DNA of 64,000 bases from Thermococcus sp. JdFR-02 (GTDB lineage: Archaea > Methanobacteriota_B > Thermococci > Thermococcales > Thermococcaceae), in assembly GCA_002009975.1 (NCBI GenBank), contig MTLP01000022.1, forward strand, positions 48,207 to 112,206. Direction: 5' to 3'. The notes below the pieces were generated by a model. It ran no database searches. It had not been told where the DNA came from and worked only from the letters and a program-made list of their open reading frames with translations. This document shows, in pieces, positions 39,250 through 52,172 of this stretch; within the stretch, counting starts at the first letter, position 1, and each line of letters starts with the position of its first letter. The translations under genes and the position numbers were made by a program.

Positions 39250-40227
39250 GTGATAACTTTGAGTTATTGGATTAGCGAAGACAACGTTGCAGGAAAAAAA
39301 GGAATTACGCTCTACATAATATTGCCTACAATTGGCTGCTATCGTTATAGAATTGGTAAAGCTTGTTATATGTGTGCCTACCCTGCTTCAGCTCCTAAGC
39401 AACCCTGGGAGCAAGGGAGATTTGTCGATTATGTTAAAGAAGCGTTAGAAAAGATTAAAAACAAAAACAGAGTTGCTGTTAAAATTTTTACCTCTGGAAG
39501 CTTTTTAGATGATGCTGAAGTAAGACCTGAGATAAGGAGGCAAATTTTTGAGTTAATTGCTCCATTGGAAAATGTTAAAGAAGTTGTTGTTGAAAGCAGA
39601 GCTGAATTGGTGAGACTTGATGACGTTAGAGAGCTAAGTGAGATTGTGAAAGACAAATATTTTGAGATAGGTATTGGATTAGAAACTCAAAATGATGCTT
39701 TGCGAGACGTTGCGATAAACAAAGGAAATACCTTTGAAGAGTTCATTAAGGCAAGTGAAATTATCCACAAAGCAAATGCCCACGTTAAAGCTTATCTCCT
39801 TTTAAAAAGCGCCTTTTTAAGTGAGAGAGAAGCAATTGAAGATGCTAAAGCAAGTATAGAGAAGATAATTCCCTATGTTGATAGCATATCCCTAAACCTA
39901 ACCAACATTCAAAAGGGAACCATTGTTGAAAGGCTCTGGGAAAGGAAAGAATACCGCTCTCCTTGGCTTTGGAGTGCAGTTGAAGTTTTGAAATGGGCAA
40001 AAGAAAAGTTTCCGGAGAAGAGAATTCTTTGCGATCCGGTAGGTGCTGGTTCCCAAAGAGGTCCGCATAACTGTGGAAAATGCGACAAAAAGGTTGCCAA
40101 TGCGATTAGAGAATTCTCAAACACGCAAGAACTTAAATATTTAGAAAATCTTGACTATGAGTGTCAAAAGGAATGGAAATACATCGTAGAGCAGGGTTTA
40201 ATGGATTGGCAGTTAATAACTTGGTAG
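39250..40227 (+). CDS. raSEA: Archaeosine biosynthesis radical SAM protein RaSEA
   Basis: GC(x8)CYMC, KIFTSGSFLD, INKG, PWLWS and RGPHNCGKCD. Confidence 0.85.
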   Translation: MITLSYWISEDNVAGKKGITLYIILPTIGCYRYRIGKACYMCAYPASAPKQPWEQGRFVDYVKEALEKIKNKNRVAVKIFTSGSFLDDAEVRPEIRRQIFELIAPLENVKEVVVESRAELVRLDDVRELSEIVKDKYFEIGIGLETQNDALRDVAINKGNTFEEFIKASEIIHKANAHVKAYLLLKSAFLSEREAIEDAKASIEKIIPYVDSISLNLTNIQKGTIVERLWERKEYRSPWLWSAVEVLKWAKEKFPEKRILCDPVGAGSQRGPHNCGKCDKKVANAIREFSNTQELKYLENLDYECQKEWKYIVEQGLMDWQLITW

Positions 40228-40432
40228 CTTTACATTTATCAATTTTATTGCTACAAAATATATGAAAAGATGTTCATTCTCTTTTCATACAGCTTAAGAG
40301 AAGGAAGCATAAAGCTTCAAATTCTTTGTAAAGGCTTAGATAAATAAAATTTTTCCTGAATGACCATTTAAGGGCAGAACCGAAACATTTAAATCATTTA
40401 CAAACGTAAAAGCGAACGATGGGGTGAATATT

Positions 40433-40684
40433 ATGGCGGAAGTTGATGAGAGTAATGTGATTGTAATTGGGAAAACTCAAAACGTCGAAATAAGCGTCGA
40501 TAAGACCCTCTGCAAAGGCTGTGGAATTTGTTTAGAACTTTGCCCGAGAAAAGTTTTCCATTGGAGCAAAGAGCTAAGTGAAAAGGGTGTTCATTACCCG
40601 ATTCCGCTTGATGCTGAAAAGTGCGTAAAGTGTAAGCTTTGTGAACTTCTATGCCCAGACTTTGCAATAGCTGTTATCTGGTGA
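40433..40684 (+). CDS. korD: 2-oxoacid:ferredoxin oxidoreductase delta subunit (2x4Fe-4S)
   Basis: Two CxxCxxCxxxCP motifs. Confidence 0.88.
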   Translation: MAEVDESNVIVIGKTQNVEISVDKTLCKGCGICLELCPRKVFHWSKELSEKGVHYPIPLDAEKCVKCKLCELLCPDFAIAVIW

Positions 40685-40689
40685 GAGCT

Positions 40690-41877
40690 ATGATAATCAA
40701 AGGTGATGAGGTAGAAACGAAGAAGATTCTAAGAAAGCTTTATCCCAAAGGCAACTATTTTATGCAGGGTGATGAAGCAATTGCTTATGGTGCCATTTTT
40801 GCTGGTTGTCGTTTTTATGCAGGTTACCCAATTACACCCGCTAGTGAAATAGCGGAAACAATGGCAAGAGAATTACCAAAAGTTAGGGGTTATTACATCC
40901 AAATGGAGGATGAGATTGGAAGTATTGCCGCAATAATTGGAGCCTCTTGGACTGGTTTAAAATCTATGACAGCAACAGCTGGTCCCGGCTTTTCTTTAAT
41001 GCAAGAGAATTTGGGTTATGCTATAATGACTGAAACACCTATTGTGATTGTTGACGTCCAGAGGAGCGGACCATCAACAGGTCAAGCTACCAAAGGTGCT
41101 CAAGGAGATTTCTTCCAAGCACGATGGGGAACTCATGGAGATCATCCGATGATCGCTATTTCTCCGATAAGTGTTGAAGACTCTTTTTGGGAAACTATTA
41201 GAGCTTTTAACATAAGTGAAAAGCTTAGAACTCCCGTAATCCTCCTGACAGATGGTGTTATTGGTCACACAAGAGAGCAAATTAGAATCCCAGACCCAGA
41301 AGAAGTTGAAATTCTTTATCGTAAGTTGCCTCAAAGTGATGAAGAGGCTAAATTCCCATTTGGCGACATTCACGGCGATCTAATCCCCCCAATGCCTCTA
41401 TTTGGTAAGGGTTATTACACCCACGTTACAGGTTCAACACATAAGGAGAGCGGTTTAAGAGATGTTTACACTCCAGAAGTTCATGACAAGCTTGTGAGGA
41501 GAATTCACAAGAAGATTGAAGCTCATAAGGATGAAATTCAAAAGTGGGAAGAGTACTATACAGATGATGCGGAGATTTTAGTTATAAGCTGGGGAGTGAG
41601 TGCAAGACCTTCTTTAGGCGCAGTTCTAAAGGCTAGAGAAGAAGGAATAAAAGTTGGATTAATGGTTATTAAAACAGTTCACCCATTCCCAGGCGAGAGG
41701 GTTAAAGAGTTAAGCAAAAAGGTTAGAGCGATTTTAGTGCCAGAGATGAACTTGGGGCAGCTGATTCTTGAGGTTCAAAGATTTGTAAATGATGACGTCA
41801 TTTTGAAAGGTGTGAACAAGATAGGTGGAGTTCCCTTGACAGTTGAAGAAATTTTGAGAGAGATTAGAGGTGTTTAA
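40690..41877 (+). CDS. korA: 2-oxoglutarate-type oxidoreductase alpha subunit, copy 1
   Basis: YAGYPITPASE and QRSGPSTG. Confidence 0.88.
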   Translation: MIIKGDEVETKKILRKLYPKGNYFMQGDEAIAYGAIFAGCRFYAGYPITPASEIAETMARELPKVRGYYIQMEDEIGSIAAIIGASWTGLKSMTATAGPGFSLMQENLGYAIMTETPIVIVDVQRSGPSTGQATKGAQGDFFQARWGTHGDHPMIAISPISVEDSFWETIRAFNISEKLRTPVILLTDGVIGHTREQIRIPDPEEVEILYRKLPQSDEEAKFPFGDIHGDLIPPMPLFGKGYYTHVTGSTHKESGLRDVYTPEVHDKLVRRIHKKIEAHKDEIQKWEEYYTDDAEILVISWGVSARPSLGAVLKAREEGIKVGLMVIKTVHPFPGERVKELSKKVRAILVPEMNLGQLILEVQRFVNDDVILKGVNKIGGVPLTVEEILREIRGV

Positions 41878-41878
41878 G

Positions 41879-42736
41879 ATGGCTAAGCAAATTTACACCA
41901 AATATAAGATGGCTAAGTACTTGAGGGTTGAAGCTTTGCCAACAGCTTTATGTCCCGGCTGTGGTGGAGGAACTGTTTTAAACGCTTTTGCAAATGCTAT
42001 TGACCAATTAAAGATTGATCCTAAGGATTTGGTTCTCGTAAGCGGTATTGGATGTTCAGCTTGGATTGCATCACCCTATTTCTTAGCCGACACTTTGCAC
42101 ACTACACATGGAAGGGCTATAGCCTTTGCAACAGGCGTTAAGGTTGGATTACCAGATAAAAAAGTCGTTGTGATTAGTGGAGATGGGGATTTAGCCGGAA
42201 TTGGAGGGAATCACCTAATTCATGCGGCAAGGCGAAATATAGATATGACGGTCATCTTGGTTAACAACTTCATCTATGGAATGACAGGTGGACAAGTCGC
42301 TCCAACAACACCTTTTGGAGCCAAAACAACCACAACACCCTATAGAAACATAGAACACCCCATAGACATTGCCGAAACTATTGCAACTGCCGGTGCTTCT
42401 TATGTGGCAAGATGGACGACTGCTCATGTTTACCAACTCATAGACAGTATAAAGAAGGCTTTAACAACTAAGGGATTTGCATTGGTTGAAGTTATTTCCC
42501 AATGCCCAGTGCAGTTTGGAAGGAGAAATAGAATGAAGGATCCAGCAGAAATGCTTAGATGGTTCCTAAAGAACAGCATTCCAATAAGCAAAGCAAAGAA
42601 AATGAGTAAAGAAGAGCTTGAAGGAAAGTTTATCGTTGGAGAGTTCATAAAGAGGGAGAGACCAGAGTTCACAGAAGAGCTAAACAAATTGATAAATGAA
42701 GTTTGGGAGCATTTTGGAATAGGTGAGGAGTTATGA
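41879..42736 (+). CDS. korB: Oxidoreductase beta subunit, copy 1
   Basis: CPGCG, GIGCS and TPP motif GDGD...NN. Confidence 0.88.
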   Translation: MAKQIYTKYKMAKYLRVEALPTALCPGCGGGTVLNAFANAIDQLKIDPKDLVLVSGIGCSAWIASPYFLADTLHTTHGRAIAFATGVKVGLPDKKVVVISGDGDLAGIGGNHLIHAARRNIDMTVILVNNFIYGMTGGQVAPTTPFGAKTTTTPYRNIEHPIDIAETIATAGASYVARWTTAHVYQLIDSIKKALTTKGFALVEVISQCPVQFGRRNRMKDPAEMLRWFLKNSIPISKAKKMSKEELEGKFIVGEFIKRERPEFTEELNKLINEVWEHFGIGEEL

Positions 42737-43251
42737 TTAGCCAAATTAGGTTTGCTGGAATTGGTGGACAAGGTGTAATTCTAGCTGGGCTTATTTTAGG
42801 AGAAGCAGCTGCAATTGAAGGCTTAAACGTCATTCAAACTCAAGATTATGGTTCTCAAAGCAGGGGAGGTCACTCAATAGCCGATGTTATCATTGGAGAT
42901 GAGCCGATTTATAACTTAATCGTTACAAAAGCGGACATTCTTGTAGCTTTAGCCCAATTGGGATATAAAGCAACAAAGCATGAATTAAAGAAAGATGGAC
43001 TTTTGATAGTTGATACTGACTTGGTCAAGCCAGATAGGGAATTTATTGGTGCCCCATTTACAAAATTAGCAGAAGAGAAAGTTGGATTAGCTTTAACAGT
43101 CAATATGGTAGCTTTAGGCTATTTAGTTGCTAAAACGGGAATCGTCAAAAAAGAGAGTGTTGAAGAGGCGATTAGAAGGAGAGTTCCTAAGGGAACCGAG
43201 GAGATTAACTTGAAAGCTTTTAACGTTGGTTATGAGGAGGGAGCAAAATGA
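42733..43251 (+). CDS. korC: Oxidoreductase gamma subunit, copy 1
   Basis: GIGGQG and YGSQSRGG. Confidence 0.88.
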   Translation: MISQIRFAGIGGQGVILAGLILGEAAAIEGLNVIQTQDYGSQSRGGHSIADVIIGDEPIYNLIVTKADILVALAQLGYKATKHELKKDGLLIVDTDLVKPDREFIGAPFTKLAEEKVGLALTVNMVALGYLVAKTGIVKKESVEEAIRRRVPKGTEEINLKAFNVGYEEGAK

Positions 43252-44402
43252 AGTATCCTTTTCCAGTTGGGACAAATGACTTCATTCAAGGTGATGAAGC
43301 GATAGCGAGAGCTGCAATCTTAGCCGGTTGTCGTTTTTATGCGGGTTACCCCATAACACCAGCAAGCGAGATATTTGAAGCCATGTCTCTATACATGCCT
43401 TTAGTGGATGGTGTTTCAATTCAAATGGAGGATGAGATTGCAAGTATTGCCGCGATAATTGGAGCATCTTGGACTGGAGTAAAAGCTATGACGGCTACAA
43501 GCGGTCCTGGATTTAGCTTAATGATGGAAAACTTAGGCTATGCTATAATGACTGAGACACCGATTGTGATTGTTGACGTTCAAAGAAGCGGACCATCAAC
43601 AGGTCAACCAACTTTAGCGGCACAAGGTGATGTTATGCAGGCAATATGGGGAACCCATGGAGATCATAGCTTAATAGTTCTATCACCAGCAACTGTTCAA
43701 GAAGCTTTTGACATGACCATAAAGGCATTTAACTTAGCAGAGAAATACAGAACTCCTGTAGTTCTTCTAACCGATGCAGAAGTTGGACATATGAGAGAAA
43801 AAGTTAACATTCCAAATCCCGATGAGATTGAACTCCTCTATCGTAAGTTGCCTCAAAGTGATGAAGAGGCTAAATTCCCATTTGGCGACATTCACGGCGA
43901 TCTAATCCCCCCAATGCCGATCTTTGGTAAGGGATATAGGACATACGTTACTGGGTTAACTCACGATGAGAGAGGAAAACCAAAAACAGTTGAATCTGAA
44001 ATTCACGAAAAGCTCATCAAAAGAATTGTTGCCAAGATAGAGAACAACAAAAAGGATATCATAGAGTATGAAACCTACGACCTAGATGATGCTGAAATTG
44101 TCATAATTAGCTATGGAATAGTTGCGAGATCAGCGGAAAGGGCTGTGAAAATATTGAGGAAGGAAGGAATTAAAGCCGGCTTGCTAAAACTTAACGTTCT
44201 ATGGCCTTTTGACTTTGAGCTAATTGAGGAAATTGCTGAGCAAGCTAAGAAGATTTACGTTGCAGAGATGAACTTAGGACAAGTATATCACATGGTTAAA
44301 GAAGGAGCTAACGGAAAAACTGAAGTTGAGCTGATTTCCAAGATTGGTGGGGAAATACACACACCTTACGACATAATTGGCGAGATTAAGAGGGGGTTGT
44401 GA
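43248..44402 (+). CDS. korA: Oxidoreductase alpha subunit, copy 2
   Basis: YAGYPITPASE and QRSGPSTG. Confidence 0.88.
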   Translation: MKYPFPVGTNDFIQGDEAIARAAILAGCRFYAGYPITPASEIFEAMSLYMPLVDGVSIQMEDEIASIAAIIGASWTGVKAMTATSGPGFSLMMENLGYAIMTETPIVIVDVQRSGPSTGQPTLAAQGDVMQAIWGTHGDHSLIVLSPATVQEAFDMTIKAFNLAEKYRTPVVLLTDAEVGHMREKVNIPNPDEIELLYRKLPQSDEEAKFPFGDIHGDLIPPMPIFGKGYRTYVTGLTHDERGKPKTVESEIHEKLIKRIVAKIENNKKDIIEYETYDLDDAEIVIISYGIVARSAERAVKILRKEGIKAGLLKLNVLWPFDFELIEEIAEQAKKIYVAEMNLGQVYHMVKEGANGKTEVELISKIGGEIHTPYDIIGEIKRGL

Positions 44403-44404
44403 GG

Positions 44405-45259
44405 ATGTATCTTAAGTCAAGCTACGAAATTAGGGATAAGTATCTAAGAAAGGACATGCTTCCAACGATATTCTGTCCTGGTTGTGGTATTGGGAGCGTT
44501 TTACAATTTACGTTAAGAGCTATTGATGAGCTGGGATGGAGCCAAGATGAGGTAGTATGGGTTAGTGGAATTGGATGTTCATCAAGAGTTCCGGGTTACG
44601 TTGATTTTGATGGATTACACACAACTCATGGAAGGGCTTTAGCCTTTGCAACTGGAATTAAGATGGCTAACCCAGATTTGAAAGTCATAGTCTTTGCTGG
44701 TGATGGAGATATAGCGGCTATAGGAGGCAACCACTTCATCCATGCAGTGAGGAGAAATCTTGACGTTACTGTAATTCTAATTAACAACTTCACCTATGGA
44801 ATGACTGGAGGACAAGTTGCTCCAACAACATTGAAAGGTCTTAGAGGAACAACTGCACCCTATGGAAGCTTTGAAAACCCCTTTGACATTGCTCAATTAG
44901 CAGTAGCCTCTGGCGCAAATTATGTTGCAAGATGGACGGTCTTTAACTACGTTCAAGGGATCAAAAGCGTTAAGAAAGCACTTCAAAAGAAAGGCTTTAC
45001 ATTAGTCGAATTTCTATCACCGTGCCCAATCAGCTTTGGAAGGAGGAACAGAATGAAAACTGCCCCAGAGCTAATAAAGTGGTACCAACAAATCACAATA
45101 CCAATCAGCAAAGCAAAGAACATGCCTCCAGAAGAGCTGGAGGGTAAAATTGTAATCGGGGAATTCGTTGATAGGGATAGGCCAAGCTTAGAAGAAGAGT
45201 ATGAGAGGCTGAAGAAGAGGGCAAAGCAAATGATGGGCTTTGAGGAGGGAGAAGAATGA
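44405..45259 (+). CDS. korB: Oxidoreductase beta subunit, copy 2
   Basis: FCPGCG, GIGCSSR and GDGD. Confidence 0.88.
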   Translation: MYLKSSYEIRDKYLRKDMLPTIFCPGCGIGSVLQFTLRAIDELGWSQDEVVWVSGIGCSSRVPGYVDFDGLHTTHGRALAFATGIKMANPDLKVIVFAGDGDIAAIGGNHFIHAVRRNLDVTVILINNFTYGMTGGQVAPTTLKGLRGTTAPYGSFENPFDIAQLAVASGANYVARWTVFNYVQGIKSVKKALQKKGFTLVEFLSPCPISFGRRNRMKTAPELIKWYQQITIPISKAKNMPPEELEGKIVIGEFVDRDRPSLEEEYERLKKRAKQMMGFEEGEE

Positions 45260-45816
45260 GAAAGGAAGTTCTAATAGGAGGCTTTGGTGGACAGGGAGTA
45301 ATCCTAGCAAGTGTCATTCTTGGAAGAGCAATTGCAGTTTATGAAGGTCTCTATGCAGTTCAAACTCAAGCCTATGGTCCAGAGTCAAGAGGTGGAGCAA
45401 GTAGATCAGAGGTCGTAATAAGCGATGAGCCCATTGACTATCCAAAGGCATTAGCCCCAGATTATGCAATCCTCCTATCTCAAGAAGCTTACAACAAGTA
45501 TCTGCCCTTGGTTAAAGAAGGCGGGATTATAATACTTGAAAAAGACCTAATTCCTCACAGAAATTCTGAGCTTGAGAAGAAACTTAAAGTTTATGCTCTA
45601 CCCTTCACGGAGATTGCAGAGGAAGAGGTTGGATTAAGCTTAACGATGAACATTCTTGTTTTAGGATTCTTTGCAAAAGTTAGCGGCATAGTCAGTGAAG
45701 AATCAATAAAGAAGGCTGTTTTGGACAGTGTTCCAAGGGGAACCGAAGCCATTAATACAAGAGCCTTAGAAAAAGGCTTTGAGTTGGGCGAAAAAGCATT
45801 AAAAGGACAAATTTAA
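45256..45816 (+). CDS. korC: Oxidoreductase gamma subunit, copy 2
   Basis: GFGGQG and YGPESRGG. Confidence 0.88.
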   Translation: MRKEVLIGGFGGQGVILASVILGRAIAVYEGLYAVQTQAYGPESRGGASRSEVVISDEPIDYPKALAPDYAILLSQEAYNKYLPLVKEGGIIILEKDLIPHRNSELEKKLKVYALPFTEIAEEEVGLSLTMNILVLGFFAKVSGIVSEESIKKAVLDSVPRGTEAINTRALEKGFELGEKALKGQI

Positions 45817-45850
45817 TAACCTTCCTTCATCTATTTTTATTGGTGAAATC

Positions 45851-46508
45851 ATGGAGTTCATAGGCATTGCTAATGTAGGCAATACATTTGACAATAGGCT
45901 CATTTTCAAAGTGTACAGCAAGGTTAATGATTATCTTCGTGAAAATGGGCTTAAAAACATCAGGCTTCTTCTTTTAAAAAAGATCAATCTCAGCCCGGCA
46001 TATTTGATAACTATAGACACACAAGATGGAAAAATGAAGGGCTATTCTCTGGAAGCTCTAATTGATTTGCTCTATGCTCATCTCCTCGAAGAAAGGGAAA
46101 AAATCCTAATGGATAGAGAATACAACCTTTTAATTAAAAAAGAGCTTCATCCCGAGCTTAAACTTGAAGATGAGATTAATAAGCTACGTTTTGATAAAAT
46201 TTTGGGAATAGTCAACTTTCCCTTGGTCTCAAGAAATCCCTATTTTGATTTCTATGAAAAATTCCTGGGAATACACAAAAAGGTTGGGGACAAAAAGATA
46301 ATGGTTCTCTCAATAAAACCCTTTTACAGCGAAGAGGAAGAACTCTTTGTTGAGAGGGTTGCAAAAGGAGTTTTGCATGAAATTGGACACAGCTTTGGTT
46401 TAGAACACTGTAAAAACGCGTGCATAATGAGACAGCCAAAAACCCTAAGAGAATGGGATTTGACAAAACCGAGATTTTGTGGAGATTGTTTTGTGAGGTT
46501 AGTCAAAA

Positions 46509-46522
<14 letters not shown>
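45851..46522 (+). CDS. Archaemetzincin-like Zn metalloprotease
   Basis: HEIGHSFGLEHC...CIM...FC..C. Confidence 0.85.
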
Positions 46523-49820
<3,298 letters not shown>

Positions 49821-50084
49821 GGATATTACCTCTGAGGTTTTGGGAAAGGTTGGCTCAGAAAACTACAGGCAGAAACTTGTTTTTGATCTGCTGAATGCAA
49901 TAAAAGCGAACGACCAGAGGAGGTTTTTCTGGATCCTTCTTAGAGCTCTAAACGCACACTCCAAGGACAGTCCCAAAGCAATGGAGCTGGCTAGGTTACT
50001 TGGCGAAACTTTTCCACTTTCTGAGTCTGATTTTGAAAAGGTTTCGTATTCCATCGTGCTCGGTATAATGGCAGGAGGTGGTGA

Positions 50085-51323
50085 ATGATGGGAAGGTTCT
50101 TGGTTATGGACGTGGTCTTTTACGGGAGCTCTTTGAACTATGATCAAGGAAGTGGGAACTATCAGGAGCTCAAAAAGATAGCCCGTTGGGATGGGAGACA
50201 GTACACACTTGTTAGCAGGTATGCGTTGAGATACAGCCTCCTAGAAACCGGTCAAAAGCTCGGCCTCTGGAAAGTTGCGGATGGAGAAAAGTTACAGAGG
50301 GCTGGACAGGGAGAGAATACTGTAATTCAGCCAGCCACGGAGCTTCTCCTGACTGGAGGAATTCTCCTATATCCGGAGTTCGATCTTTTTGGGTATTTGA
50401 TTACTTCAACAACACCCCAAAACTTCAGAACTGCTCCAGCAAAGCTTAGTCATGCAATTTCTATGACGTCATTCAATTATGACGCTCTCTTCAACGCAAA
50501 TCTTGGTATGGCTAACAGGATGAGAAAAATTTACGGTGAAATGAAGCCGAATCCCTTTACCGCAGAGGAACACGAAACATTTTACCTCTACTCACTAGTT
50601 GTTGATATTGACGAAGTTGGCTCTATAGACATCTTTCTGACAAAGGGTGCTAATATAGCCATAGGGGGAGACCAAAAAGGGAAAGAGACAAAGTGGAAGC
50701 TCGAAGATGTGCTTAAGGAGGGAGACAGGATAAGGTTCGTGCTTAGCAAAGGCAAGGAAAAGAAGGAGATAACCCAGCATGATGGGGTAAAGCTTGAGGA
50801 GTTTGAGGTCATTAATAATAAGTTAATCCACATACGCTATTCTCTAGCATTAGAGGATGAAAAGAAAGAACGCTTAAAGAGACTCGTTAAGGCCATTCTT
50901 AACCTTAAACGCTCTATTAAAGGTAGAGAAGAAGACTTAAGGCCAAGGCTTTTAGTGCTTGGCATATACAAGAACAAGCCTTATCAGACTTTCAAGGACA
51001 GAATTGAGCTTCTTGATGAATATACCGAGGAAGAATACGATGAGATAGAAGAATTTGAAGAGAGCGGCAAGAAAGTTCTCAGGATCAAGCACAGGGTCTC
51101 AAAGAGCAGAAAGCCAGTTTTCAAAGTGTACGGTGTTAAAAAACTGTTACTTAGAGACAAAGACGAGGATGATAAGAACAATCAATCTACTGAGGGCACT
51201 ATTCCTGAGATGACTGAGGATAAAGTTCTCAATATAGTCGAAAAACTCTTTGATGACAAAGAAGGTGAACTCGCAGAGGTGAGGGTGTTCAAAGATCCTA
51301 TGATAGAAGTCAAACTCGAGTGA
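50085..51323 (+). CDS. cas7: Cas7 (Cst2/DevR family)
   Basis: SLNYDQG.GN..ELKK, VSRYALRY, EFDLFGY and EEH...Y.Y...VD. Confidence 0.9.
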   Translation: MMGRFLVMDVVFYGSSLNYDQGSGNYQELKKIARWDGRQYTLVSRYALRYSLLETGQKLGLWKVADGEKLQRAGQGENTVIQPATELLLTGGILLYPEFDLFGYLITSTTPQNFRTAPAKLSHAISMTSFNYDALFNANLGMANRMRKIYGEMKPNPFTAEEHETFYLYSLVVDIDEVGSIDIFLTKGANIAIGGDQKGKETKWKLEDVLKEGDRIRFVLSKGKEKKEITQHDGVKLEEFEVINNKLIHIRYSLALEDEKKERLKRLVKAILNLKRSIKGREEDLRPRLLVLGIYKNKPYQTFKDRIELLDEYTEEEYDEIEEFEESGKKVLRIKHRVSKSRKPVFKVYGVKKLLLRDKDEDDKNNQSTEGTIPEMTEDKVLNIVEKLFDDKEGELAEVRVFKDPMIEVKLE

Positions 51324-51329
51324 TGGATT

Positions 51330-52172
51330 ATGTCAGAGAAAACACTATTCATAGAACTTTTTCAGCCTTTTGCTCAGTATCGTAACCCCTTTACCTTTTA
51401 CTATGCCCAGACTTATCCACTCCCACCGAAGTCAACCATAATTGGTATGCTCCAGAATGCTCTTAACGACTGGTACGGAAATGGGAGAGGTTTAGATATA
51501 TGGTGGAACTTAAAAGTCAGTATTCACGGAGGGTTTGAAAGCGTATTCTGGAATTATCAGCAATTAATTAAGGGTACAAAGGACGGTATAAACCTCGTTA
51601 GATTCGAAGGACGGCCGATTCTCTGGAATCAAGATCGTCCACTATATTACTATCCAATAAAGTCTCAGCGTACTCCAGTCTATCAGCAGGAGCTCTTTAA
51701 CGGCTGGCTTTACCTTTTTCTCAGAGGGCCCATTGATTTACTCGAAGACATAAAACAGGCCCTCCTTAGTCCTAACAAAGTTCTCTCTCTTGGCAGGAGC
51801 GAAGATGTGATATTCGTGAGAAGGACAGAATTCGTCGAGCCAACCAAGCAATACAAAGCTAAGGGAGTAATCTTTGCTTATCCAACATACATCAGGCTTC
51901 CAAATGAGTTGCTCAGGATCGAGAGGTTCCCGGCTTACTTTATTCCAATTAAGGTGGTCTTCAGAAACAACGGTAAGCCAGTAAAGCACAAAGCTGAAAT
52001 CTCCTCGAACACTGAGAGGGATGTGGAATTTGAAAGCGTTCTCTACGCGGGAGTTGGCTACGTGGCAAAGTTGACTGAGAAAGTTTGGGTCGAGCGTTTT
52101 GATATTAATGAATTGTTGAATGTTAATGACCTAAAACCATTCAAAATACTCTCCGACTATGGGTGGTTATGA
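51330..52172 (+). CDS. cas5: Cas5
   Basis: AQYRNP...TYPLPPKSTIIGML and LSLGRSED. Confidence 0.93.
   Translation: MSEKTLFIELFQPFAQYRNPFTFYYAQTYPLPPKSTIIGMLQNALNDWYGNGRGLDIWWNLKVSIHGGFESVFWNYQQLIKGTKDGINLVRFEGRPILWNQDRPLYYYPIKSQRTPVYQQELFNGWLYLFLRGPIDLLEDIKQALLSPNKVLSLGRSEDVIFVRRTEFVEPTKQYKAKGVIFAYPTYIRLPNELLRIERFPAYFIPIKVVFRNNGKPVKHKAEISSNTERDVEFESVLYAGVGYVAKLTEKVWVERFDINELLNVNDLKPFKILSDYGWL

Noticed and set aside
40228-40432. Possible SurR site upstream of the oxidoreductase operon
   Set aside because: No GTT-N3-AAC motif found.
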